Positions 48,101 through 60,111 of a stretch of 64,000 bases of DNA are shown here, in pieces. The notes under the pieces are model-generated. The model saw only the letters and a list, made by a program, of their open reading frames with translations, did no database searches and was not told where the DNA came from. The position numbers were made by a program, and so were the translations under genes. The DNA lies in assembly GCA_000708835.1 (NCBI GenBank), contig DF236959.1, positions 164,938-228,937 on the forward strand. Direction: 5' to 3'. Numbering within the stretch: the stretch's first letter is position 1; every line of letters begins with the position of its first letter. The stretch comes from Klebsormidium nitens. Lineage: Eukaryota; Plantae; Klebsormidiophyceae.

Positions 48101-51100
48101 GTCAGTTACTTGACGGCTGAGGAGTTGAATGAGCAGCATCGCCGTGTTCATCAAGTTACGGCTCTAGTTCAAGAGAGAGACGAAACGGAAAAGAAGAAGG
48201 AGTCGTCACTCTCAGCTGACAGCCGGTCTTCAAACATTGATTGAAAGGCGACTTCCAAAGAGAAAAGAGGAGAGAGAATAAGAGCAACAACAAGGAGGAG
48301 GAGCTCATACAAGGGACAAAGAAGAGCAGGCCGGAAAGCACCAGTGACTTGCCCCCGCTTGAGGTTCCAAGGATCGTTTTCATTAGCTGCGTTGCAGCAT
48401 GGTAAGTGGGGCGGCGGCTGAAATAGGCCAATGATGGCAGGTAAGAAGCCACAGGATTTAAATCAACGGTCACAACGCACCAGTGGCTTGGCCCCCCTCG
48501 ACGGCGACGCTGGACGATTCGAGGATCTGCTTGTAGTAGCTGCGCTGCCATGCGGAGAGGTCGCTCTTGAGCACGACCTGCACCTTGCTCGGCAGGTGCT
48601 TCTCCACCTCGGCCTTCTTGCGCCGCAGCAGAAACGGCCGGATCACCTGCGAGTTAATGGACGAACACCATGAAGTTGAGGTCAAAAGAAGGGGCGATGC
48701 ATAACAGCACAGCGGCTTGCTTTTGTGCTAATCCCTTGAGTGCGGCAACTCAACAGATACACGAAACAAAGTCTGCTTAATCGGTCAGCGGTCGGCTCTT
48801 CGGAACTGAATCGCAAGAAGACGAAGCGTCTGTGGAGGAGTCCGGTGCTAGACGTGCGTCTCAAGAGGCACCTTTTTCACATGTCCGACACTTCTCACCG
48901 GCTTCACAAATGAATGCAGATTTTTGGAATCGGACAGATACCGCTCGAAAGTTGCTTTGAAGGGAATTACCTGTTGCAGCCGTCTGATGACCAGAATCTC
49001 TTCTTCTTCGTTGAGCGCGAGGTCGCCCTTCTCGGCGAACGGCGCGTTGAACCAGTCCTCGAAGTTCTGCACGTTGTTGAAGATGGTCGGCAGCACGAAG
49101 TTGAGCAGGCTCCACAGCTCCTGCAGGTTGTTCTGGATGGGGGTGCCTGCAGAGGAAGACACGATAGCGCCAACGTTAGGGCGGAGCCTTTGGTAAGGGT
49201 GTCGAGGGGTCGCGTTTGACTGTAGGCACAGGAGAGCGTCCCTGAAACTTACGGCTTCTAGAGGAATTGCGACGGGGAAGTATATCTCCCCGTTCGATTC
49301 TTCAAGGGCATCATCAGGCTGCACGTTGTGCAAAGATTCCGGCATGTTTGCTGACATCATCAAGCCCACAGAACGAATGCGAGTTCTCTTCGCACTAAAC
49401 GCACAAAAAGCTAAGTGTCGTCAAAGCTGCGCAGCAATGCAATCATAATTCTCGTATCTTGACGAAACGAAGAGAGTGCCTCACAACTGCTATTTCCGCT
49501 TAAGACAAAGCACAACAGGAATCATTGCTCTGGCATCAGCAGCGCTTAATGCTCTACCGGTTAGCAGAATTCTGCGCTTGATGTGATGGTGGTTGACGAT
49601 GGAGGTGGCCATCACAGACTCATGGTCTTCATCCGCCTCCGACATAGACATAGTTGCAAATTCATCAACCTTCCTAAATCAACAGCAGACTACGACCGAC
49701 CTGTGAGCAGGATCCTGCGCTTGATGTGGTAGTGGTTGACGATGGTGGTGGCGAGCACGGACTCGTGGTTCTTGAGGCGGTGGCCCTCGTCCACGATGAA
49801 GTAGTGCCACCGGATCTTGCGCAGGAACGCCTTGTCGCGCATCACCAGGTCGTAGTGCGTCAGCAACACGTTGAACTGGTGGCCCGCCACCTGGAAAAGG
49901 CAGGGAATAGATGTTCAGTTTTTGACGCGAACGACTTTCGGGAGATCCATGTCCACATTGCGGAGAAAGATAAATCTCGATTCAAATGAATAAAAGCTGC
50001 GTGAATAATAAGGTTATTCTACCAAGCCAAGACAAACTAAAAATCCTGACACAGAGATTTCCTCACTCGCACCCGGACCCATTCTAACCATCGAGCTAAA
50101 CCGACCCCTGCCCCCCGGCTTGACCTTGTTATTTATAAGATCGAGAATCATCGGAGCCAGCCTTGTTGACGACTCGTCAGACACCTGGATTATTATGGCC
50201 GACCACGAGGGAATTGGAGTCTGGATCCTTTGCATGATACGAGGGAAATCTTCCCAACTACCGATCGACATGCACGGGAACCGTTTACAAGCGTCACCGA
50301 GTCACACCGACACGTTGCGCTTCTGGCCCACCAGAATATGTGTCGAAACCTCGAAGTTACATGAGTCGTATCCTAGCATAAAGAATTGCTTTCCTGGTCA
50401 GGGCTTGAAAAGTTGTTGTAAGTGATAGACGGGCCCTGCTCACCAGCGGATCCTGCTGTATCGCTCTTCGTGTATCCAGGGTGCCGTCGTAGAGAACGGC
50501 AGAGAGGGTCGGCGCCCACGTCTTGAACTCGTGCGCCCAGTTGGGCAGGACGGCCTTCGGAGCCACGATCAGGTGGGGCCCCTGTACGCCCTTATTCTCG
50601 AATAGGTACGCGATTAGAGAGATAGTCTGCAAAAAAAGGAAGGGGCTTGCTCTGTTGGTGGTGAGTCTAAACAACATATTCCAAACCTCTGCTTTTCCAG
50701 TGAATGTTACGGAAACCTACCTCTGTGCCAGGCATTCACCAACCGTCATGATGGCATGGACAGATCGAAGGACGGTCTACAGGCAAAGGACCCTCGACTG
50801 AACACTGGTCGCTTTCTGAGAAATATCCTGAACCTTATGCGTTCTCCATACTCGAACGGTCCGGCGCCCAAAACCGTCACGAGATCCGTCACCAGACTCG
50901 TTCACTCACCTGGATCGTCTTCCCGAGCCCCATCTCGTCCGCCAGGATCCCGTTAAGGTTATTGTTGAACAGACTGAGCATCCACTGAAGCCCCTCCAAC
51001 TGGTAGCTCCGCAGCTGACCCCCCACTAGGAGCCGTGGCTGCACCAGCACCTTCTCCTCGATCGCATGCACGCTCTGATTGTACTTCTTTTGGCCCGCCA

Positions 51101-54100
51101 TCAGATCGCGTTTCGGCTCCGGGGGTTGCGCCTCGGGGGCGGCGGCGGGAGCGGCGGAGGCGTCTTTGGCTCTGGGAGAGGCGACGCCCTGCCAACAGAG
51201 AGTTCAAATGGGATAAGAACAGTGTGAAGAGGAGTGACAAGTTGAGCAATGCTTTATTCAGAGATTTAAGCCAGCGGACGCTTCCACAGCGGCTCTGGCG
51301 GTGGAACATGCCCGGAAGCATCAACATCTAAAGCCTAGACGTGGATATTTTTGCTTTTGCGGGGCTACTCACACAGCACGGATACGGGTATGATTTAGTG
51401 GGCAGGCAACCGCGATCCCAACAAAGAATTCATATGACACCGAAGACCAACCCGGTCGGCTCCCGTCCGCAGTCCTAGCGACTTTAATGATTCTTCTAGG
51501 CCATTGCATCATTAACCAAGGTCGGCAAGTCCGACTCCTCCTGGAGCTCCACCATCTCACTTCGGAAAACGCAGACCTTCTTCGCATCTCTCTACTTCAT
51601 GATCAAGGTTTCATGCTCAAGGATCGGAGCGCCTCAAATGACTGAAGCTAACCCACCTCCTGCTCCTAGTCCTGGTGTCGTTCGGGGTTTCTCTTGCGTA
51701 GCTGCTCTATGACGGAACCGATAGCCGCGTCCCCTCAATATCTGCATCGTCACCATTGAACACCCGAGAAGCGCCATCCGCCAAGCCTCAGATTCAAGGC
51801 CGAAAACCTCACCTCCTGCCCCTGTTCACGGTGTCGCTCGGGGTTCTTCTTGCGGATGCGCTCCTCGACGGGATCGAAGTCGTCCGCCTCCTTTTGCAGC
51901 TGAACCATCTGACCCAGCCGCTCCAGGAGTTCATCCGTCGCGCCCAGAAGCGTTTTCAGCCGCTCGTTTTTGCTCTCGGCAACTAGGGCGAGGTACGCTT
52001 CCTGGTCGTCGTTCTTGAGGGCCTGCACGCGCAGCCGCTCCGCACGGTTCGCCCTGCACGGGGGGGTGACAAGGACGATGTTTTTCAGTATCGGATGCCA
52101 ACGGGACAGCACAGAGAGTCACATTGTAATGAGACAACAACAACCTTTGCATCAATGCATCCTAGTGCCGTTCGCTCATTGGGCGACTCAGAACTTGGTA
52201 CGCTGCCTCAGCGCAGGAAGCTTGAGAACCAGGGGTTCAAGCGGGTGGTAATCTTATCTGCAGACACAAAGTAAAAATCAGGCCGTATGCCATCCGCTGA
52301 CCCCTATCCCAACCCAAATGACTGCAACAGCAACTATCATTCACGTGAAACTTTGTCATTGGGCTAGCACCCCACCTCTTGGCTTCCTTGGAGAGCCAGT
52401 TGAGCACCCGTCGTTCCGCTGCTTGATGTTACATATGAGGTCGCTAACCTTCCTTTCGAAACAAGACTAAATCTCATTGCAGCGACCCTCAACCATGTCA
52501 GACATCCCCTTATCAAGCTGCCACCTCACCTCTTGGCTTCCTTGGAGTGCCAGTTGAGCACCCCGTCGTTCCGCTGCTTGAGCCGCTTCGCCTCGGCGGC
52601 CTGGAGGGCGGTCCACTCGTGGTAAGACGCCAGGAGCTCCTGCAGGAAGCGCCGCCGCACCAGGAGCGCGTTCTTGCGCTTGTTCTCCTCGTTGCGCGCT
52701 TCGCGGTCGGCCTCCCTGTTGCAAGAAAGAGGACTTACGTTCGTTAGCCCATTTATTCGACTGGAATCTCTTTTGGCGGCGCGTTATTCCGCTTGTTCTC
52801 CTCGTTGCGCGCTCGCGGTCGGCCTCCTGTTGCGAGAAGAGGTGTTGCGTTCGTTAGCCTCCTTATCTAAGTGGAGTCTCTTTTTGCGGCGCGTTCTTCC
52901 GCATGTTCTCCTCGTTGCGCGCTTCGCGGTCGGCCTCCCTGTTGCGAGAAGAGGAGTTGCATTCGTCAGCCTCCTTAACTAGCTGGAGTCTTTTTCTGCA
53001 GTAAGGTTGTGAGTGATGAAAACGAAAAGGCCAACACCAACTAGCCTTAGTTTGTGGGATACAGATGTGCAAAGGCGAGCTTTTCCAATGAGGGAAGGCG
53101 ATCAATTGCCGTGAATCGATCTCAAGGCACATGGCACTCGCTATAGGAAAGTCTATTCCAGGCAGCGCTCAAGAATGGAGAACACCAACCGCGAGTGACG
53201 TCCAGTATCACAGCCGTGACATCAGGAGTTTTCTGAACCATTGAAGTGTTCCAACCTCTGGACCGAAAGGATAAGAAAGGCAGAGAAAGAAAGAGACACG
53301 ACAAGGGAGGATCAATCTTCTGTTCAATGAAGCAAACATGACCACCCGATATGTACTTTGTTGATTGACTTGATTGACTTGATTGAGTAAACCGGCCAAA
53401 GCAAGTCTCTCTCTGAGGGTTCTTCCAAACCCGTCAGGCGATTCAGTGCTGTGGACCCTGTTCATGCTTTGGTGAGCAGAAGTCCCCCACCTCTTCCTCC
53501 GTGCCCGCTCGTCCGCCTCCAGTGCCGCCGCAGTGACCCCAACCATGCTTGACAGGGCGGCGCAGCCGTACTTTACTCTTTCGGGGTCTGCCCGCAAGAT
53601 CGACCGTAAGACGTCCTCCCGCTTCAGGCGCATCATGCTCCAGTCGAGAAGCTGGTCTGGCTGGCATGACGTCAGCAGCTTCTGTTCGAGCGCAACTTCG
53701 GCCCGCACCTTGCGCTGCAGTTCGACCAGCTGCAGAGGAATGATTGGAGTCGGTTTAGCAGCAGACTTGGTGGTTTCGAGGCCCTGGCAGGATTTGGCAG
53801 GAAGCGAAGCCTCTTAGTTGCAGCTAAGACCAGGATCAGGTGAGCCTGTTTCAGAAGGCTGCACATTGACCAGTGGTTTCAAGCAGTGAATCAACAGCAG
53901 ATACGGTTGACCTGTCGAAAAAAAACCCCCAAGATGCATGGAAAGGCATCTTGTCTTGCAGATCGATGTTTTATACTGGAAATGAGATGCAGATGACTGC
54001 ACACAATTGGTCTTTGACAAGTCAGCATGGAAATTGAGATCTGAGGAGCTTGTTAATCCATCTTATGTCCAGTGTTGTGGCAGCAAGGGTCTTACTAAGC

Positions 54101-55001
54101 GCACAACTGGGGTGCTTGACTAAAAAGCCTGCTGGTACCCAATCAAGCACCCGTACATCTACCACACTCTGCAGACCCTCTGTTGCTTGAAAGTAGAGAG
54201 AAAATCCTATCACGTTGCACAAGTACTCAGTCCTCACCCCGCTGCTAAGGGTCAGTGTTGCAGAATTGTACTCAAGGATGACCTCCAAGTTACTCTAGGC
54301 CCTAAAAATATCTGAGGGAGTTATGGATGCAGAAGACGAAAGTCAATTGCAGGAACACGCACCTTCAGTGCTTGAACCTCGAGGCCCGACTTCGCCCTGA
54401 CCACATCACTCTCAGCGAGCGGCAGGTGCTCCAGCGTCTCTTTCCTCCATTGCAACCGCTGCTTCAGCCTTTCCTCCTTAGCCTGCCTGAGACCACTTGC
54501 AGGTAGCGAGGCTGGCTGGGCTTCCTGCACCGCTTGCAGAAGGGGGGACTTCGCTATTGCTGCAGCTTTCACCCCTAGCCCCGAGCTCCCTTCGGTGACC
54601 CTTGCACTGCTGCTCGGCGCCTCAGCCAGAAGAGCTCTTTCTACGGCCCTGGGAAGGACTGCATCTCTACTAAGCAGTGCAAGGGCAGCCTTCTGCACCG
54701 CTAGCCTCCTCACTTGCTGCGAACTGAGCGATGCTTTCAATGGAGCCCTCTGTTGTTGTCTGCTCCCCGTCTGGCACTCTGTTTCTGACCCTAGCTTGCC
54801 CTTAGGTGCCCTTGCTAGCCCTTGAGAGAGTTTTAGCAGAGCTTGGTAGCGGCTGTCCTCCTTGCTGATGCCCGCTGCTAGCGCACGCTCAAGGGCCTGC
54901 TTCAGAGCCTCCACATCACGAGCCTGGAACTCCTCTCTCAGGACCCGGAAGGGGACTGGTGCGGACTCCCCCGGTGGGTCCGCTTCATTCTTGCCCTCCA
55001 T
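42155..55001 (-). CDS. CHR12: SWI2/SNF2 chromatin-remodelling ATPase, CHR12/CHR23 (MINUSCULE)-like; exons 55001-54363, 53729-53491, 52715-52530, 52053-51813, 51188-50910, 50626-50444, 49890-49701, 49146-48971, 48646-48481, 48022-47826, 47267-47005, 46553-46406, 46034-45877, 45225-44952, 44711-44610, 43768-42155
   Basis: Helicase motifs are [85 protein letters not shown] and [25 protein letters not shown]. There is an HSA-like region (LKNDDQEAY), a plant-type LLDWSMMRL segment, SnAC-like [11 protein letters not shown] and a long acidic tail. No bromodomain was seen. Confidence 0.92.
52670..52985 (-). repeat. ~111-bp tandem triplication spanning the 3' splice site and start of CHR12-like exon 3
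   Basis: Three copies of gcaacAG|ggaggccgaccgcgaagcgcgcaacgaggagaac, with exon-like starts at 52938, 52826 and 52715. Confidence 0.95.
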
Positions 55002-58000
55002 TTTCACAGTAGAATGTCGAAGCCCGCCCAATCTGCACAAACAGATTGGCAGATCAGTGGCATGCAACTCATCAACGATGGTCGTCCACTGCAAGTGATC
55101 ATCACTTTCTTCTCACCTATGCTGCCCTTGAAGTGACTCGCGACCTCTCGATTCAGTTCCACAAACCAAGAATGCATAGCAGAGCAGTAAACAAGCACTG
55201 AAAGATGGTTCGTAATCAACTCTACAGCCTTGCCAGAAATTTTGGGAAGATGTTCACAACATGTAAGTTAGAGAAAACGGCTTTGGTTCTATGCAGTTGC
55301 TATTTGACAGCCAAACACATTGATAGAAGTAAGCAAACTGTGCCATAGCTTTCTGACTTGACTGGTCAACACAATTTACAACCCTCCTAACAAGCAAGCA
55401 GTGAAATTAAGTTCAGTAAGCTTGTAGGCATTATGCAGAGCCGAAATGAAGTCCACCTGCACTGACCAGGGGCAATTTCGAAGGTACCTGGCTAGCTGTT
55501 TGGAGGGCAGGGGTGTGCTGTGCAGACCATCGATCTGGAACACGTGACAATACTTGGGGACAAGTTACCAGCTCGATGAAGAGAGCGAGCTTCGAACTCG
55601 CTACTGCGTCCTGAAGAGGATTCTTCTCAGAACTCGGAATCGCGATTTGAAACTCGGAACTCTTTCTACCTGTACATTCCCTGCCTAGCTTGATCCACAG
55701 CTACTCTCAGAGCTCTGAAATATTCTGCAAGGTCCACAAAGAGGCAAGAGAAGAAGGTAGTCCCGTGCAGGGCTTCCTAGGAGCAAGCATAGTGCGCTTT
55801 ACCAAGTCCCTCAGCCCCAAATAAGCGCCTCGCGCCAAGACAAACGCTGCCTATCTCGATCTGCTGGCAATTTGACAGCACTCATGAATGCATGCTGCCT
55901 CCTTGTCAAGCAGTCCAGCCCGAGATTGTTTGGTTAACCACTGGCTAAGTCGCGAGCTCGTCGAAACTCAGCCCCACAATTCAGCAATTTAAGGGCCCAA
56001 ACTCTTTCGACGGCAGTCAGTATCAGCCAATTTTGGTTTAGGTTGCCAACCTCAATGATGACGTGAAACAAATGCACGCGCGTGCGCCCCAAGTCCCCCA
56101 GGCTTTGCCGCGCTGACCGCGCGCCGGCCGGCGGTTGCGGACGCCGCTGGGACGGCAGTGTTGCCTTTTTACAAACTGTGCTCAACGGTCGAAGGATGAG
56201 CTGTTCCGCATCGAACAAAGGTAGGGCAACTACGCCAGTCGTAGGCTTCGACAGCTGGACTTCAGCAGGATTTAGTATCAGTCAAGTAAAATCATCGCAT
56301 TCCAATATAAGCATTCCCCGGGCGCACTGGCTTTGCGGCCCAACCGCCGTCGCGGCCGCATGGCCAGCTGGCGTGAAAGCAACTTAGTTTACGAGCCCGC
56401 CCAAAATCCTCTTCGGGTCAAGATCAGTCCGTCTTTGCGGGCTTATACGTCAGCATGATGTAACTCGGGATTCGGTACACATGATGTCAAAGACGCCACT
56501 GCACGACACATTGACCAGCCTGCCTGGCCGCGTCCTGCAGCAGGCGCCGACGTAAACTGAGTAACAGGTTACAGGAGTCTCGACGAGTCGGCTGTACGGT
56601 ACATTCTGCCATCCAATGATGGCTCCAGCACCCTGCATTGGGCCGCATGACAATAGGGAGCACCCAGAATTTCCTGGTATGACGTGGTTTGCTGAGTACG
56701 AAAGAGCTGCGCGCAGCTGGGAGCCCCGCCCGCTATTTGAGGCAGACCTTCCAGTGCGAAAGATGTTTGGTAAATTGGTGTCGCTTACACGGAGCTGCCT
56801 CCCAGCTGCCTAGTCTGGATCAACAGATTGCATACCTATTCCGCTTGCAAGTATTACACTACTACTAACCGTGACGGTTTCTTCTAGGACGCATCTATGA
56901 CAAATCGGTTCGTACAGTGTGGCTCAGTTGGTCACGATCACAGGCAGCCGAACGACCAGTTATGACCACTCGGGTACTGTTACAGCCATATTGGCAGAGC
57001 GGGCCGGAAGTCAGGTGGATCCCGGCTGATCAACTACAGGAAGGCGCCCGCGGGGACTAGAATGACGTCTGCAACCTTGCAGAAAGCGTCCGCTGGCTAT
57101 ACAAATGGCGAATCACTAAACCTCCACGCCCGGCATGCCAGCGGCCGGCAGAGGTCACCTACCGTGCTCATCATAACCCTCGAGGATCATGACGTGGCAG
57201 AGAAGCGCGCCCGGATCTTGAACTTCTCCGGATCACTCACTTCTGTCCTCTATATATGCACACGGTGTATAGACTTGGGGACCGCTCAGAATTACTTCAC
57301 ATTCCTGTCAGCTTATATCCGTCGGCTGCTCTGCTGCCAGTTCATTCTGTCGTCGGATCAGGAGGACGCCTTGCAGGTAGAGTGCACAAGTGCCGAGTCC
57401 ATCATTATACAGTATACATTCGAAGTTCCAGGAGATCCGAGCGCTAAAACCGCAATGCTTTTTCCAATGGCACAAGATAAGACGGCAGATCGGAAGGGCA
57501 GTGCAGTTGAATTCTTGACACGTTGGAAGTCGTTGCTGACAGCGGTGCATGGCAACATCAGACATGTTTAAATACACGATAGAATGGAACTATGTAAGTA
57601 CGCAGTATAGTACCAATGCAAAACGAAAGTCGACGTCACGTCATGCGTCTCTAGCCGCCACAACATGCAGCTTTGAGCGGTACTCTGCTTCAGCTAGGAT
57701 GCAGCAGTCTGCTTGCATACAACCAAATCTGGCAGCAATCGTGAAAACATGGATACACATTGAAGTAATAGAGAAAGCTAAGAGCCCCAGAATGAGGACG
57801 TCTGGAGAGAATATTTCGAACATTGCCGACGGCTCAACTTTTATGGGCCACGTGTCAGCTGCTCCAAGGTCCAAGTTACACGCAGTGCTCTTAAGGTCAG
57901 TTAATGCATGATTGAAGGCAAAAGGATTCCAAGCATGAGTCTCCTTCTGATCCTCCGGCCAGGCACTCACAGTGCGCTTGCCAAAGCTGTGAAGCTGTCA

Positions 58001-60111
58001 TGCGCTGCTCGGAGCAATGTCAAGTTGCCGTAATGTTTCTAATGCACAACTGACTTGCATAATAAGCACTGTTGCGTTGAAGGCCGAAGTGGGTTCAGTA
58101 GAGTTACATCTCAAATGAAGGCCCAGATACTCTCCGGGCAAGTCCACTGGCCTTCAGTGGAATTCCTTCCGCCGACGTGCCCCTGGTCCAAGCGGCTCCC
58201 GCATCAAAACTTCTCGCCCCCGAAAGAATGAGCACGTGATCAGAAGTTGCTCCTTGTTAAGGGCTTCTTCAATTATCGGTCCAAGTGTACAACTTGCAGG
58301 TATGAGTCACCACAGAGAACGACTGGCAAGAATGCGGATTGCATTTGGATGCGTGTGAACACCAAACTGAGCTTGCTGCGGGGCGGGCATGGGCGCACAT
58401 TCAAGTCGCACATGAGATGTACATGCTTATTCACATCTTCTGTCGAACACAATTTGACCCCGCCCGTGATCCATGTCAGTGAGTGTTTTCGGTGCCAATA
58501 AATGTTGGCATCCCGTTTTCGCTCTTATTCTTTCCCCCCTAGAGCCACGTCGTGCGGTTTTCCACAGCACAGCCTTCAGTCGGAAACCTCTGTCAGCGCG
58601 GGTCAGATCGTTTAAGCCGTTAGCGCAGCGAATTCCCTCATCATTAGCGGGTGCAGATCTGCAAGACGCACTGCCAGCCGAGGAGTCTGTTCTAGCTCCA
58701 GAGGGTGGCGGGTTTCACTCCACTCAGAATTTGATCTACATTTCCTGTGACTCTGGATTCGAGCAGGTCTCGGGGGCGCTAATACATCGCGTTTCGCTCT
58801 GAACGCAAGCCTTCTCAGAGATCAGAAAAGCCCTTTTTTTGAATCGGTTCCTCCGCACTTCCTATCGGGGGGGCGCTCGCTATGACGCTTTACCGATCGC
58901 TCAACGACCTTACTCACCGCAATAGCCGCTGTGAAATGCACTTCCGTCCAAGTTGCACATTCCAAATCAGGGTTCTTGCACTAGGCTTGTCACAAATAGT
59001 TGGATCCTGTCTTGTATGTCCGCGCCTGCTCAGAATTACAAAGTTGGAAGCGAACGAAGGGCAGCGCAAAGTGTTCCTTGAGTTCCGCTGCAAGGGGTGT
59101 CTCACTGGCAGCTTTTACACGAGAGCTGGATCAAGAAAAGGGCGGTGCTGCGACATTCTGAGCGCTTCCATTTTGGGATCAGTTCGAAGATCTCGAAACT
59201 CGTTTCAAACCTAGACGCCGCACTGAAGCTTGCTACTGGCTAGACTCGGGCACATACATCTTGAGAAGGTATGCGCCGAATATGACTAAATGTCGCTCCA
59301 GCCAGGCCGGGCGGACCAAGCCGATGCATCGGATCTAACATAACGATTGTATGCCAGGCCATCCGAAGGAGCCGTTTTGCACGGACTTGCACATACCGTA
59401 TACGACCCCACTCTCGTTCTGAGTTTATAGTTTGTCGAATGCAATCCGCTCCAATTAAGTGTGCCAGTATACGTGCGGTGCACCGATCGCCCAACGGCCG
59501 GACGCGAGACTCCATGTCATTGCACAGATAGTACACTCAACGACTGATTGAATATCATGACACATGCCTGGGCCCGCGCGGCGGCAACAATGTATGGAAT
59601 ATGCGTGCAACGTGGTGCAGATGATTGATTGAAGACCAGACATCAAAGTCAACTTTCTAAGAAGTCAGGCTCCCATATCGCATTGAAAGCCGAACTCGGT
59701 GCACCCGTGAGACCGCGGTTGAACATGAACGGGCCTGCATGATCAGACATGCTAGATTCTCTCCTGAGGGAGAACTTTAAATCGTACTTCAAGTCAGTTG
59801 ATTCATGCTTACTAAATGACGTGCCAACCTTGAACACAGCTAGCCACGGCTTAACTTTATGGTCAATGCAAAGCGTTCGGTCCACGACTCATACCAGATG
59901 AAGCGTCGCAAGATAAGCAACAATTAACCGTGGATACGTCGTGATTATCAAGAAAGGTTAATTATGTGCTATGGCTATATTGACGGGTCTAGGTAGGCTG
60001 TATATAAAGCTTATCTACACTAACAAACGCTCTCAGTCACTTAACAACTCGCAACAAATTGGCCCATTTCGATGGCCAAAACGTGGGCAGCCTAGAACCT
60101 ATCGAAACCCG

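Noticed and set aside
57062-57571. 169-aa plus-strand ORF
   Set aside because: No recognisable domain, weak codon bias and no supporting splice chain; it cannot be supported without expression data.
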